DNA from: Eledone cirrhosa
Lineage: Eukaryota
Direction of reading: 5' to 3'
Length of the DNA stretch: 64,000 bases
NCBI GenBank assembly: GCA_964016885.1
Contig: OZ024740.1
Span: forward strand, 13,206,001 to 13,270,000
This document shows positions 28,817 to 42,894 of this stretch, one piece after another; positions within the stretch are counted from its first letter, which is position 1, and each line of letters begins with the position of its first letter. A program made the translations under genes and the position numbers. Below the pieces are notes generated by a model, which saw nothing but the letters and a program-made list of their open reading frames with translations, was not told the origin of the DNA and did no database searches.

Positions 28817-29095
28817 AGAGTATTGAAGTTTGCTTGAAGCATTGTGGAATAATAAGGTAAAGGAACAAGGCAACAACACACGCACACACACACACACAGT
28901 AACATTCACCAAACAGGCAGAGAATACTATGGACTGACAGCTAGCACCACCCCACTCCCACAATTGAAAGAACTATTTCGGCCGCCGACCTCTGCTTGAC
29001 CGACTCCATTTCACGCGCACGCGCGCTCTGCTGAATAACTCAGATATTCAAAACAACGAACAGCGGAGGACACGTTTCGCACCTTTCCGGAAAAA

Positions 29096-29131
29096 CCCCA
29101 GTTGATGGATGTGAATCCGAAATATATAGGG
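29096..29131 (+). ncRNA. Degenerate hammerhead motif
   Basis: ccc-CAGTTGA-t-ggat-gtga-atcc-GAAAT-AT-ATA-ggg then ATTAAA; two core substitutions. Confidence 0.45.
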
Positions 29132-29369
29132 ACAATTAAATCTCCCCCAAGGTCGTGTTATTATTTTTATTTTTATCCTTTACGCTCTTTCCTACATTCT
29201 TCTACACGCCACGCATCTCAACGTACACCCACTTACATCTCTCTCCCCACCACCGGATCTTGTTACCCGGAGATTTACCCATCTGCATTGTCGAGGCTTC
29301 CAAAGGACTTAAAGAAATATATATATATATATCTGTGTGTGTTTGTATGCGTGTGTGTAATAGATAGAT

Positions 29370-29531
29370 CCCCGAGTTGTATCGGGGGTAACTACAGTTA
29401 AATAATATACTCAATACATTGGTAGAATATAGACATCTTTATTATATATAAATGATTTCTACTGGACTAGAACTCTTTCATTCGTATGAAATCATCATGA
29501 TGAAACAATTCTAGTCATTCAGAACTCATTG

Positions 29532-29571
<40 letters not shown>

Positions 29572-30140
29572 AATGTAATCTGAGTTTTTCGAATATTAAT
29601 AATAATATTCGATTCGTTTGCAATTATGCAAACAGCCTCTTTTATAAAGCCATGTCAGTAGAATGAGCTCCTCATTCTTGCTCTTGTGTTGAAATGTAAA
29701 CAGAACTGCAGAGACTAACGTTTCTGGGTGATTACGTTTCATCAGCGCAGTTTACTTTTCACCTGCCAACTGTCAGAGTTAGTGAAAATATATGATATTT
29801 TCTAAAATATACAGTGACTGATCGGCCTGATTTGCATATTAGCAGACTGACTGATCAGTCAGATCTGCATATTAGTCCACCCCTGACCCGTTGGGTCACG
29901 TTAACTTATAAAATAATTTTTAAATAATTAACATATACACAGACATATATATAATGTAAAATGAAATTGGAAAGCGCATATATATATATATATATATACA
30001 TACGTTATTCCGGGTTGAATCGGAGGTAACCACAGTAAGTAAGGTACTCAATACATTGCAGAGTATAAAAGTTTTAATATAGATGAGATTCTACAGGACT
30101 AGAACTGTTTCATAACCACAGTAAGTAAGGTACTCAATAC
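29370..30140. repeat. Two copies (29370-29530, 30005-30140) of a dispersed repeat also present inverted at ~23640-23725
   Basis: Shared cc(c)gggttgaatcggRggtaaccacagt...tactcaatacat...tctac.ggactagaact; each copy abuts a microsatellite. Confidence 0.6.
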
Positions 30141-30189
30141 ATATATACATATATATATATATGTGTGTGTGTGTGTCTATACATACATA

Positions 30190-30224
<35 letters not shown>

Positions 30225-30255
30225 GTGTATGTATTGACATACACACACACACACA

Positions 30256-30400
<145 letters not shown>

Positions 30401-31195
30401 ACACACACACTTAGAAGCGTTTTCTATTTAGCAGGATACAGTAATGCTCTATTCGCTTCTTTGAAGTCACCGGTTGTAATTTCATTCAACAACACCACCA
30501 GCTCTCTCTCTCTTCCATGTTCCTTCTCTGTCTCGTTCTCTCTCCCTCTCGATGATTCTCTCTCAATCTACTCTTTCACAACCACTATCTCTTTCTCTCT
30601 ATCCTTCTCTCTCTCTATTTATGAATGTACTCAGAAAACCCCATATCTCGGGAACCCGTGCTCCGATTTACGCGAAACTTGTTTTATTCCATATGTATTG
30701 CCACTTCAGGGTCAACTTCCTTTCAAAGTATTTTTCCATTATGCGGCCTTTTGACTGTATTACATTACAGACAAGCAAGCAACCACAGACGTTTAGTAAT
30801 ATATATATATATATATATAATGCTTTGAATCTTCGGTGTTTTTTAAATTAATATATAACAGCTCTGCATGACCCCCCCTCCCCCACTGTATTGGGCTTTT
30901 AATCAACCGGCAAACTACTCCAGTTAATAGTATTAATAGTACTGTTATATATATATAAATATATATATACGATATTAAACAAATGGAAACTACATTTATA
31001 AAACCATATTTATTTCATTATATATATTTCAGGGATATCATATTAAAAATATGGTATGCCCTCTTCAGACAAAATACAATATATAAACAGTTTTATAAAT
31101 AAATTTGACATACCTTAAAAAATTTTACAACTTCCATTTAAAAAGTTGTTATGGTAGTGAAAATGTTAAGGACAGTTAGAAAGAAAGACGGAGAA

Positions 31196-33296
31196 TCAGG
31201 TGGCGTGCATTCCACTTTGATAAATCTAATACAAATGAAAATGTCTCAGACTTAGATAAAGTTTTCAAATCTAAAAAAAATCCACCCCCCAACAAACTTT
31301 TAATTGATTTTGAAAACGATATAATTTCTATCATACAAGGAGTCAAATTCAAGAGAAACTTCAAAGGCCAGCAATATCTGAAAAGCATTAAGGATAATAT
31401 TGTGAGCTTAGAGAGAACAGAGAAGATCTTGGTGAAATCGGACAAAACCAACAACCTCTATGGACTGGATAAAGACATGTATAATGGCCTCATACTGAAA
31501 GAACTAAGGAAAAAGTACAAGGTAGCAGATAAGGCTGAACTTGAGAAAATGAACGTTGAGGCATCTTGTATAATGCATGAGTTGGAAATTGAGAACAAAA
31601 CACAACCTTTCTTGCCCAGGAAACCCAAGATCAATATGAAAGATCACAAAAGAAATTTTGAAAACGACTTGCCAGTCAGATTGATTGCACCATCAAAATC
31701 TGACCTGGGTAAACTTAGCAAAAACATTCTAGACAGGGTGATACAGCAAATTAAGAACTTGAATTGTTTACCTAACTTAAGCTTGTGGAAGGGAACTGGA
31801 GAGGTTATTGAGTGGTTTAAAGAAATTAAATATAACAATAATAATAAATTTATTCAACTAGATATTGCTAACTACTATTCATCTATTACCCTAACCTACT
31901 AAATAAGGCACTAAATTATGCATTCAAACATACAGACCTAACTAGCAATGAAATGCACATTATACTATCGGCAAGGAAAACATTGATAGAATTTAATAAC
32001 CAACTATGGACTAGGGCAGATAGAGATAGCAATTTTGACATTACTATGGGATCATATAACTCAGCTCAGGTAACAGACCTTGTGGGCCTATTTATAATTA
32101 ATTCGCTGCATAGGAAAATACCCGGTGCTACCGGAGGATTATATCGAGATGACATGCTTTTACTTATTGAAAATAATAACTCTGAACTAAATAGAAAAAG
32201 AAAACAAATTATACAATTTTTTAATTACCTTAATCTAAAAATAGAAATTGAGAATAACCATAGAATAGTCAATTTCCTAGATGTAACATTAAATCTCACA
32301 CATGTCTTCACTATCCATTTCACAAGTTAAATGAAAACTTGAATTATGTCAATTTTAACTCCAACCACCCCAGATCTGTTAAAAATACTATAGTGAACTC
32401 TGTTCAAAAACGTATCTCTAGAATCTCATCTAATAAAAATATTTTCGACCAAAAAGCCCAGTATTACAAGGAAGCGTTAGCTAGAGCAGGATATAGTGAT
32501 AAAATTATGTACATCGATAATAATAGACAAACTAACCAAAATAACAACAATTTTAATTACGGTAACAACTTTAACAACTATAATAGAAAGAATTACAATA
32601 ATTCCAAAAACCAGAAAAGAAATAGAACTAGAAACATAATTTGGTTCTCACTAAATATTAAAACCCACATCGCTAAACTATTTTTTAATGCTCTTGACAA
32701 ACGATTCCCTAGAACACATAAGTATCACTCAATTTTCAATAGACATACTATAAAATTAACCTACTCGTCCACCAAAAATTTAGCACAAAATATTAATAAA
32801 ATAAATAATAGGAATCTAAAACCTAGCCAACATACCGATAATAGCATAAACAATATTCAAGTAAACAACTGTAACTGTAGAGATAGATCTAAATGCCCGT
32901 TAAGTAACAATTGCTTAGTTAAAAATATAATATACAACTGTAATGTTAAAACTGACTTAAATTCTTTTAATTATGTTGGTTCCACCTCGACAGAATTTAA
33001 ATCGCTATAATAATCACAAGAATTCTTTCACGGATCCAAACAAAAAATCTTCAACATCACTATCAGGCTTACTCTGGCAACTTAAACATGATAACGTTGG
33101 ATATTCGATGGTTTGGAATATAGTCTCAAGAGGGATTCCTTTTAACTCCTCCTCTGAGACATGTGACCTCTGCGCGGAGGAGATATTCTTTATACTAAAA
33201 TCTAAAAATTCCCTTAATTTACGGACCAATTTATTCAGTTGCTGCAGACATAGATTGAACTCAACTTTTAAATATAAATATAAATTTAAAATGTAG
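31196..33296 (+). pseudogene. Disrupted PLE RT/GIY-YIG ORF (pieces 31402-31902, 31953-32330, 32339-33010, 32973-33296)
   Basis: Colinear domain fragments broken by stops and frameshifts. Confidence 0.88.
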
Positions 33297-34679
33297 TATA
33301 TTTACTTAAGACTTTTAATTATTTTAGAAAACTTGGCGATAAATCTTTCGATTCCTTCAATTCTTTAAACCTTCTTCATGAGTATATAATTAATAAATAA
33401 TTAATAATGTAATTAAACTACCTTAAAATGGTGATGCTCCCAATCTATTGAATAACATTTTTAAGCTAGATAAACTTCTATAATAAATATAAGAGCATCT
33501 GTAGAACAACCGGGTATCCTAAAGGTTTTTTTGAAAGATTTCTGCTAAATAAATTTGGTGAATAATTTTGGTTTTGTTTGCTTTTGATTCTGATTGCTTC
33601 TAATGAACTTGGCAATATATTGTCAAATAAATTGGAAGGATTGATTGATATGCGGGGCACACTGTGTTTTATTACGGCCCTAGATATTCTGGGGAGTGAA
33701 ATATTCTTGGCGTTTTTAATATTTTAATATATTGATATCTGTTCTATTCTATGCTTGAACGATAATCATGTAAGAGAGGGCAAGAATATTATTATTATTA
33801 ATAATGTATATTTTATGTATATATATATATGTATGTACATATATGTATGGTAAAATCTTTTTTAACGCAATGAAGATTTTCATGTGAAATAAAAATTTAC
33901 AGAGCTGATCACGTAAACTCGCATGTGTCTATAATGTCAATTTGAGATAACCTTCTCTTTTTCTTTCTCTTTTTTTTTTCTTTTTATCTTTTTCTCTTTT
34001 TTCATGAAAATACATATATACTTATATATTTCAGTATTTTTTTGAAGTTTTATCTCAGATTTTGATTATAAACCTAAGAATTTTTAAACTAAACATATAG
34101 TCATTATTTTTTCACACATTATTGATGTGTCTCATTCATGAATATTGATATTTACATTATAATTCATAGGAATTGATAGACTGATGAAACATAATATTTG
34201 AAAACTATCATTTTTATTTCTAAGTATATCTCCTCTCCTCCTCCCTCTACACTGATGGGACTTATGTATCGGCTGTTTTAACTCTATCTCCTGTATCTCA
34301 CCCCTCCCCTATCTCTCCCACCTCGTATAATAGATATTACTAGATCTACCTCTCCTTATTTATTTTTGTTTTATTTCTCCCCGTATCCTTAACACTAAAT
34401 AAATAAATAAATAATTACAGTACCCCCTTCCCTCATAAATCTCTCATTTGGTGTTTTTCTCTTTACATACATTTCTTCATCTTCTTCACCTTCCGCTCTT
34501 TCTTTTTCTTTTTTTCTTCCTTCTTTTTCTTTTTTCTTTTTTTCTTTTTTTCTTTTTTCTCCGTCTTTCTTTCTAACTGTCCTTAACATTTTCACTACCA
34601 TAACAACTTTTTAAATGGAAGTTGTAAAATGTTTTAAGGTATGTCAAATTTATTTATAAAACTGTTTATATATTGTATT

Positions 34680-34737
34680 TTGTCTGAAGAGGGCATACCA
34701 TATTTTTAATATGATATCCCTGAAATATATATAATGA
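34680..34737 (+). ncRNA. Type I hammerhead motif (mirror copy on - strand, 31015-31072)
   Basis: ttgt-CTGAAGA-ggg..catatt/aatatg..ccc-t-GAAAT-ATAT-ATA-atga then AATAAA; stem I depends on G-U pairs. Confidence 0.65.
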
Positions 34738-34871
34738 AATAAATATGGTTTTATAAATGTAGTTTCCATTTGTTTAATATCGTAAAATACTCCAAAACCT
34801 GTTGAGTGCTTTTATATCAGTTATGAAATATTTACTCGTTGTAACCCTACAATTTTAAATAAAACTTTTGC

Positions 34872-34906
<35 letters not shown>

Positions 34907-35091
34907 GGGTGGATAAAATTCCCGAGATCCATGGACGAGTTCTCTCCAGCGGTCTCTGTTCCTCATTATCGCTGCCATGTCCTGCGTCTCCAACAGACCA
35001 GTGTCTTTTCTTAGGGCATCAGGATATGTTAACCTCGGTCTTTCTCTTCCAGGGATATATTAGGTTAACGCTTGTTATAGAAGGAAGAGGG

Positions 35092-35127
35092 TCTTAACGT
35101 TTAGGACGCTAGTCTTTCATCAGAAGA
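35092..35127 (-). ncRNA. Degenerate minimal hammerhead motif
   Basis: Minus strand reads tctt-CTGATGA-aa-gac-tagc-gtc-c-TAAAC-GTT-aaga; catalytic G12 mutated to U. Confidence 0.5.
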
Positions 35128-35368
35128 AATAATGAGAAATAAGATAGATTGAGGAGACAGGCGGGTTGGAATTTGAAAAATGTCTTTAGATAAAAATAAC
35201 AGGTCCATTCATGTTGACATCTCTTGCAAAACTGTTGGTGCTGGTGTTTTGTGTATTATTTATTTTTTAGAAAAGTGGATAATGGTGCACGTCTACCTGA
35301 AATGGAAAAATAACCGCTTTGTAAAAAGAGCTATACTTGTGCACATGCGTAAGCATGTGTGTATGTGT

Positions 35369-35450
<82 letters not shown>

Positions 35451-35581
35451 ATACGTCCGTACGAAGCTAAGAAGAAATGAGTGTGTATATGTGAGTAAAA
35501 GAGTGTGTGTGCATGTAAGTACGAAGCTATGAGCAAAAGTATGTTAATATAAAGGTGTGTGTGTGTGTATACACAGCAGTG

Positions 35582-35644
<63 letters not shown>

Positions 35645-35721
35645 CATATATATATATACATATATATATATTTCATCATCATCATCATCTTCGTTTAACG
35701 TCCATTTTCCACGCTAGCATG

Positions 35722-35785
<64 letters not shown>

Positions 35786-35790
<5 letters not shown>

Positions 35791-36127
35791 ATACTTTGGG
35801 AGGGTCATGTTGCCAATAAGAAACACACGCACCAGTTGCTTTCACTTCAATTTATTATAATAAATTTATAAATTTAGGAATTTATAAATTTCAGGTTGGT
35901 TGGTTGGTTCCACAACCAGATGATTGTTTATATATTGTCAAAGTTCTTTCGTCACACATTCTGTGACCTCTTCAGTGACTGGGATTCTTTTCTTTGTTTT
36001 TGTGCCTCTCCTTTGTTCTATCCTACGCCATCTTTCTTATTGGCAACATGACCCTCCCAAAGTATAACAATATCGGTTTCAACACACGTTTTCAAATAGA
36101 GAATCTTGCTAAACAAATTCAGAAACG

Positions 36128-36130
<3 letters not shown>
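35786..36130. mobile_element. Solo pseudo-LTR of the 46-48 kb PLE family, partly folded back; HHR on - strand at 35937-35979
   Basis: Nearly identical to 46447-46690. Its left ~40 bp reappear inverted at 36033-36072, followed by a tail; (TA)n on both sides. Confidence 0.8.
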
Positions 36131-36160
<30 letters not shown>

Positions 36161-36165
<5 letters not shown>

Positions 36166-39100
36166 TTTACGTATCGAGAAAGAGAGAAAAAGGAGGGATA
36201 GATGATACATATAGTTATTTGCCAAGTAGCGTATGCCAAAGGTGCTCGATACTAGTGCCGGCAGTATTAAATATTCGAAGTGTTAATATTTAGTGGGCTA
36301 GAGAGTTAGCAGAGCGTAAGCACGTGGGAAAGTAAAAAATCGGAGAATAGACCGTTAAAACATGTTTATTTAAAATATCACCTACGTACGTTTCGCCCAG
36401 TTGGGCTTCTCAAGGGCATAAATAATCACAAGTGTTCCTTATATAGTTCGGAAAGAGTTTTGGGGGTTCAATCTACATCAAGATTCATTGCTCGCAAAAA
36501 TATCTTGTTTTGATTTTGCAGCAGGTCAAGGGAGGTAACTATGGCCGGTGCTAGGGCAGTCTTTCCCGGATAATTTTATTTTTTTTTTTTGCAGCATCCG
36601 TTTGTCTGAGGCTGGGTCTGGTATGCAAGGGATTGTTTTCTGGGTGTTATTTTGCTGCGCCTGCCCACCGGGGTGTTAAGACTTGTTGCAGGGAGATCCA
36701 GTGTACTATTTCACTCTTCATTCTTAACCCATCTAAAGAAGGATATTTTTAAGCGATGTGTACAACTTATCGCTGTTTCAACTCTGCTGTTGATGAGCTC
36801 GTGGGGTGCAGTTATGATGTGGTAGAGCTCCATGAGGCAAAGATCGCATTTCCTCTTGAAGTTGTACGGTGCAGCCCTGCCGACAATCTCCCAGTGCGTG
36901 GAGAAGCTGATGTTTAAGTCCTTTAGTGATGTGATGTAGTCGGCGAGCGAAGTGGAGTGCCTTAGTTTTCTATTTGTGAAAGAGTGGAGATGTGTTCGAA
37001 ACCTAATTTTGAACGGGCCGGAGGTGGCCCCTATATAATGTTTAACGCTATTGTGGCTAGTAATAGTGCATCTATATATAACCCTATCAGTCAAGCAGTA
37101 TCCTCTAAGGGGGCAGCGTCCTCTGTTGCGGCAGTTGCAATTTCTGTCGCGGTTCCGTCTATTTCCCACGGTAAGGCTATCATTGTTGCTGCCTACGTTG
37201 TTACCTACGCTACGGCAGCTGTCGTTAGCACAATTACAACCCACAGCACGCGGGATGGTGCGATTGTTATTCCGCACGTCATGTTCTGCATGCTCCCCAG
37301 TCACTTCGCGGTCATTCTGGTTGCGTCTGCGGATGTCGTTGCCAACACTATTGGATGCTGTCAGGGAGTTGTTAAGGCCGATATAGTTATTGTCAGGTGT
37401 AGGTGCGTCTGTGTCGAGGTGCTGTGTCTTGGTGATCTTACTGTGGTTCGTTGTTCCTATGATGTCTGCTAGGTTAGGAGTAGTAGAGAAGGATATTTTT
37501 ATATTGTTCCTATTAAGAATTTTTCTATACCTATGGTTGGGTGGGAAGTTCTTCTCTAAGGCTTCGAAGAATATCCGGGGTATGCTGGAGGCCACACTTC
37601 GAGAGTAGGGGGGGGGGGGGAACCATAGGACGTTACGGTAGCGATTACGTGTCCTTCTACTTTTGCTACGCGTGGTTCCATCTAAGTGATCGCTCTTATG
37701 TGTGTTAATGCGCTGTCGCCCGTTCGGTGCCCCTTTCACTTTATGCTCGGGTGCACTCTTTCTACCTCTTCCATGTTTATGTACACGAAGATGTTGGTTG
37801 GAAGGCGTTGGTAGTAGGCCGTCGCCTTTGTTGGTTTTGTAATAGGGAATAGTTTGAGTAATCTACAGTATTCACCGTCGCCGGGGACGTGATCTTTGGT
37901 GCGGTTAGCTATTCTATTATATCCGACTTTAACGAGGTCGCCGCGTGATCGGTTATAGGTATGGCTTACTATAACGTTAGTTTTATGAGGGGGGGGGGTT
38001 TCTAGAGCTAGCGTTAGGGATGTAGGAAATTCCTCGGTTAAAGCCGGCGCTTATCAGGGCCCTATTGTAGTAATCAGCCGCTTGGTTGAAGATATCCTCA
38101 TTGGCGGATAGCCTCGAGATTCTATGTGAGATACTATAGACTATGGAGTTGAGAGTCTGCTTAGGGTGGTTGGAGGCATAATTAATATAAGAGAGGCACT
38201 CTCCAGGCTTATGGTATGGCTTGTATAAGCCCGTACTCAACACATCTCCACTCTTTCACAAATAGAAAACTAAGGCACTCCACTTCGCTCGCCGACTACA
38301 TCACATCACTAAAGGACTTAAACATCAGCTTCTCCACGCACTGGGAGATTGTCGGCAGGGCTGCACCGTACAACTTCAAGAGGAAATGCGATCTTTGCCT
38401 CATGGAGCTCTACCACATCATAACTGCACCCCACGAACTCATCAACAGCAGAGTTGAAACAGCGATAAGTTGTACACATCGCTTAAAAATATCCTTCTTT
38501 AGATGGGTTAAGAATGAAGAGTTAAATAGTACACTGGATCTCCCTGCAACAAGTCTTAACACCCCGGTGGGCAGGCGCAGCAAAATAACACCCAGAAAAC
38601 AATCCCTTGCATACCAGACCCAGCCTCAGACAAACGGATGCGGCAAAAAAAAAAAAAAAAAATTATCCGGGAAAGACTGCCCTAGCACCAACCAGAGTTA
38701 CCTCCCTTGACCTGCTGCAAAATCAAAACAACTACATCACATCACTAAAGGACTTCACATCACTAAAGGACTTCACATCACTAAAGGACTTAACTACATC
38801 ACATCACTAAAGGACTTAAACATCAGCTTCTCCACGCACTGGGAGATTGTCGGCAGGGCTGCACCGTACAACTTCAAGAGGAAATGCGATCTTTGCCTCA
38901 TGGAGCTCTACCACATCATAACTGCACCCCACGAGCTCATCAACAGCAGAGCTGAAACAGCGATAAGTTGTACACATCGCTTAAAAATATCCTTCTTTAG
39001 ATGGGTTAAGAATGAAGAGTGAAATAGTACACTGGATCTCCCTGCAACAAGTCTTAACACCCCGGCGGGCAGGCGCAGCAAAATAACACCCAGAAAACAA

Positions 39101-39414
39101 TCCCTTGCATACCAGACCCAGCCTCAGACAAACGGATACGGCAAAAAAAAAAAAAAAAAAAAAATTATCCGGGAAAGACTGCCCTAGCACCGGCCAGAGT
39201 TACCTCCCTTGACCTGCTGCAAAATCAAAACAAGATATTTTTGCGAGCAATGAATCTTGATGTAGATTTAACCCCCAAAACTCTTTCCGAACTATATAAG
39301 GAACACTTGTGATTATTTATGCCCTCGAGAAGCCCAACTGGGCGAAACGTACGTAGGTGATATTTTAAATAAACATGTTTTAACGGTCTATTCTCCGATT
39401 TTTTACTTTCCCAC

Positions 39415-39416
<2 letters not shown>
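36161..39416 (-). mobile_element. 5'-truncated Naiad-type PLE (36161-38238, -) joined to two inverted partial copies of its own 3' end (38239-38731 and 38792-39416, +)
   Basis: YKPYHKP..YINYASNHP..SISHRISRLS (37983-38243); RNVLWF.PPYS..CNC..CPL..CL..VIY.C..YIGAT..FK.R..H..STSL..CDLCLME..C.H (36711-37739). The + copies are reverse complements of 36505-36996 and 36322-36940. Confidence 0.9.
36379..36417 (-). ncRNA. Hammerhead motif with U3-A8 core variant (+ copy at 39321-39359 also has U4>C)
   Basis: Minus strand reads gccc-TTGAGAA-gccc-aact-gggc-GAAAC-GTAC-GTA-ggtg; stem I is weak. Confidence 0.6.
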
Positions 39417-39488
<72 letters not shown>

Positions 39489-40057
39489 GTACATATATAT
39501 ACGTACATATATATACATACATACTTACACACACATACACACACACACACACCATGTATATATATTAGTCAGGATAATTGTATTCCCGGAGGCCATAGTA
39601 GTTTACAAGCCGCGTGTTTCAGACTTTTGCTACAGATCTTCGATAGTAAATTCTTTCTCTCCCTTACAAACTTCCTACCTACATTGTTGTTTAAACTCAG
39701 GTTAGCCTTGATTGGAGCAGAGCTACACACAAAGACATTCCAGCCGTGACAATCACGACATTTTCTCTAAGAGCTTGGAACCAACGATCTCACTATGCAA
39801 CTAGCCAATGTATTCTTCTCTAAGATGTCTAAATTGATGAGAATTTGGCTGCTATTTCAAGCAAGCCAAGTGACTACACACAGGCTCTTCCTCCCGCTCT
39901 ACCGAAGTCCAAACTTAACATCAACGGCACCAGTTGCTGCATCAAACAATATGGGCGTTGTCCCGCCTGTTTCATCTAATTAAGAAATACAAAAAAACAT
40001 CTGCTTTGTAAATGTGTGTATAAAATCTCTTCCACGTTTGATTTACATATATATGCA

Positions 40058-40120
<63 letters not shown>

Positions 40121-40130
40121 TATACATATG

Positions 40131-40180
<50 letters not shown>

Positions 40181-40251
40181 TGCATATATATATATGCGTT
40201 TTATACATGTGTGTGCGCACGAGTACGTGTGTAGTGGTTTGGACAATGAGT

Positions 40252-40852
40252 GTGGTGGTAGTGGTGGTGGTGGTAGTGGTGGTGGTAGTGGTAGTGGTGG
40301 TGGTGGTAGTGGTGGCGGTGGTGGTGGTAGTGGTGGTGGTAGTGGTGGTGGTGGTGGTGGTGGTGGTAGTAGTGGTGGTGGTGGTGGTAGTGGTGGTAGT
40401 AGTGGTGGTGGTAGTGGTGGTGGTGGTGGTGGTAGTAGTGGTGGTGGTGGTGGTGTCGGTGGTGGTGGTGGTGGTAGTGATGGTAGTAGTAGTAGTCGTG
40501 GTGGTGGTGGTGGTAGTGGTGGTAGTATTAGTGGTGGTAGTGGTGGTGGTGGTGGTGGTAGTAGTGGTGGTGGTGGTGGTGTTGGTGCTGGTGGTGGTGG
40601 TAGTGGTGGTAGTAGTAGTAGTGGTGGTGGTGGTGGTGGTGGTGGTGGTGGTAGTGGTGGTAGTAGTGGTGGTGTGGTGGTGGTGGTGGTGGTGGTGGTG
40701 GTAGTGATGGTGGTGGTAGAGTTGGTGGTGGTGGTGTTAGTAGTGGTGGTGGTGGTGGTGTCGGTGGTGGTGGTGGTGGTAGTGGTGGTAGTAGTAGTAG
40801 TCGTGGTGGTGGTGGTAGTGGTGATAGTAGTAGTGGTGGTGGTGGTGGTGGT
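40252..40852. repeat. (GGT/AGT)n trinucleotide tract
   Basis: Seen directly. Confidence 0.95.
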
Positions 40853-41391
40853 AAAATATAATTGTTAAAGACTCAACATCTTTAAAATTGTGATTAGTTA
40901 CGTCTGTCGGCTGATGTCTGCCACACACATACACTCACACTCACACACACACACATACATACATACACTTACACACTCACACATACACATACACATACAC
41001 TCACATACACATACACACATACACATACATACACTCCCACACACATACACACATACACACATACACTTACACACTCACACATACACATACACTTACACAC
41101 TCACACATACACATATACACGCACTAACACACACACTCACACACACACACTAACACACTTACACATACACACACACTAACACACACACTTACACATACAC
41201 ACACACTAACACACTAACATACACACTAACACACACTCCCACATACACACACATTCACACACACAGACACTCATACACACACTCACACGCACACATACTC
41301 ATGCACATGCTCATATACACACTTACATACACGCTTAAACACACATATACACACTCACAAAGTGATATTAACAGATGGAAACATTAAAAAG

Positions 41392-41462
<71 letters not shown>

Positions 41463-41853
41463 CGTAATTTTTTCATGCACGATATATACACTCCCTGGCA
41501 CGTGTATATACACGGATCCATGCATTCTACACATTTTCTCTCCAACGTAATTATAATGGCAATTATTTTATTGTACTTTATAGAAATACAAAAGAATAAC
41601 AAAAAAAAAAAACGGAAAACAAGACAAAATAAAGACAAAAATAATTGTAATTTGACTGAGAAGTAACTTAGTGCTTAGAGTAATCAATAAAATTGCATTG
41701 AAAATGTGCATATGACTTGCAGTATATTGTACAATCCTATTGGAACACATAATGCAACGTTGGTAAACAGCACTTGAAGTTACTGAGCGAGACTGCCAAC
41801 TCTCATCTTATCTTATTACTGATGTGTATTGGATACCAACTGTTAGAGTGTTT

Positions 41854-42165
41854 GTGATGAGACCATGTATGGTCATGTGGTGAAACCAGGTATGGTTATA
41901 TGGTGAGACCATGGTCATGTGGTGAGACCATGGTCATGTGGTGAAACCATGGTCATGTGGTGAAACCATGTATTTTCATGTGGTGACACCATGTATGGTC
42001 ATGTGGTGAAACCATGTATCGTTATGTGGTGAGACCATGTATGGTCATGTATCGTCATGTAGTGAAACCATGTATGGTCATGTGGTGAGACCATGTATGG
42101 TCGTGGTGAGACCATGTATGGTCCTGTGGTGAGATCATAGTCATGTGGTGAGACCATGTAGGGTC
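41854..42165. repeat. Minisatellite with a 19-23-bp unit GTGGTGAGACCATG(TATG)GTCAT
   Basis: About 14 tandem degenerate copies. Confidence 0.9.
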
Positions 42166-42232
42166 AATATCTTGTAAAGGAAGTTTGAATGACGGAAACT
42201 GCAGAAGCCTGTCGTATATGTATAATGTATGC

Positions 42233-42371
<139 letters not shown>

Positions 42372-42387
42372 CATATATATATATATA

Positions 42388-42534
<147 letters not shown>

Positions 42535-42552
42535 GTGTGTGTGTATATATAT

Positions 42553-42675
42553 ATCCTGCCAACCTTTACCTATGGTCATGAATCTTGAGTAATGACCGAA
42601 AGAATACGATCGCAAATACAACCATCTGAAATGGGGTTCCCCCGAAGGGTCTTTGGAATAAGGTTACTGGAAATA
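42553..42675 (+). pseudogene. RTE-clade LINE fragment (region downstream of the RT)
   Basis: [34 protein letters not shown] matches the RTE motif LTYGHE.W.MTER.RS.IQA.EM.FLRRV.G. Confidence 0.75.
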
Positions 42676-42894
42676 GTATGTTATAACAGTGTGACACACC
42701 TGTTTAGTATATCTATACGAAATAAGGGTCAAACCAAAGTATTTACCAGGCGTAATAACAAACTACCAACGAGAAACTACGAGAGACTACGTACACACCG
42801 TCATTTCACTTCAGTTATTATTTGTAGACATTTAACCTAGTCCACTTTTAGTTACATGGGGTTTTCAAGGGTTTTTCCCCTACAACAGAGAGTT

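Larger units (their letters stand above)
30968..34872 (+). mobile_element. 5'-truncated Naiad-type Penelope-like element with inverted 5' copy of its pseudo-LTR
   Basis: RT fragments: RWRAFHF, DKT.N.Y, KDHKRNFEN..PVRLIAPSKSDLGKLSK, FIQLDIANYYSSI, FDITMGSYNSAQVTDLVG, GGLYRDD, VNFLDVTLNL, SNHP. C-terminus: CNC...CPL...CL, YVGST, CDLC..E, CRH. 30968-31195 is the reverse complement of 34557-34784; tail to ~34872; (TA)n flanks. Confidence 0.9.

Noticed and set aside
29830-29875. Octamer ATTTGCAT within a short duplicated motif
   Set aside because: A single 8-mer is expected by chance, and there is no linked gene or snRNA.
33478-33660. Minus-strand 60-aa ORF in the PLE 3' region
   Set aside because: Short, with no recognisable motif.
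40014-40868. Gly/Ser- and Val-rich ORFs
   Set aside because: Translations of (TA)n and (GGT/AGT)n repeats.
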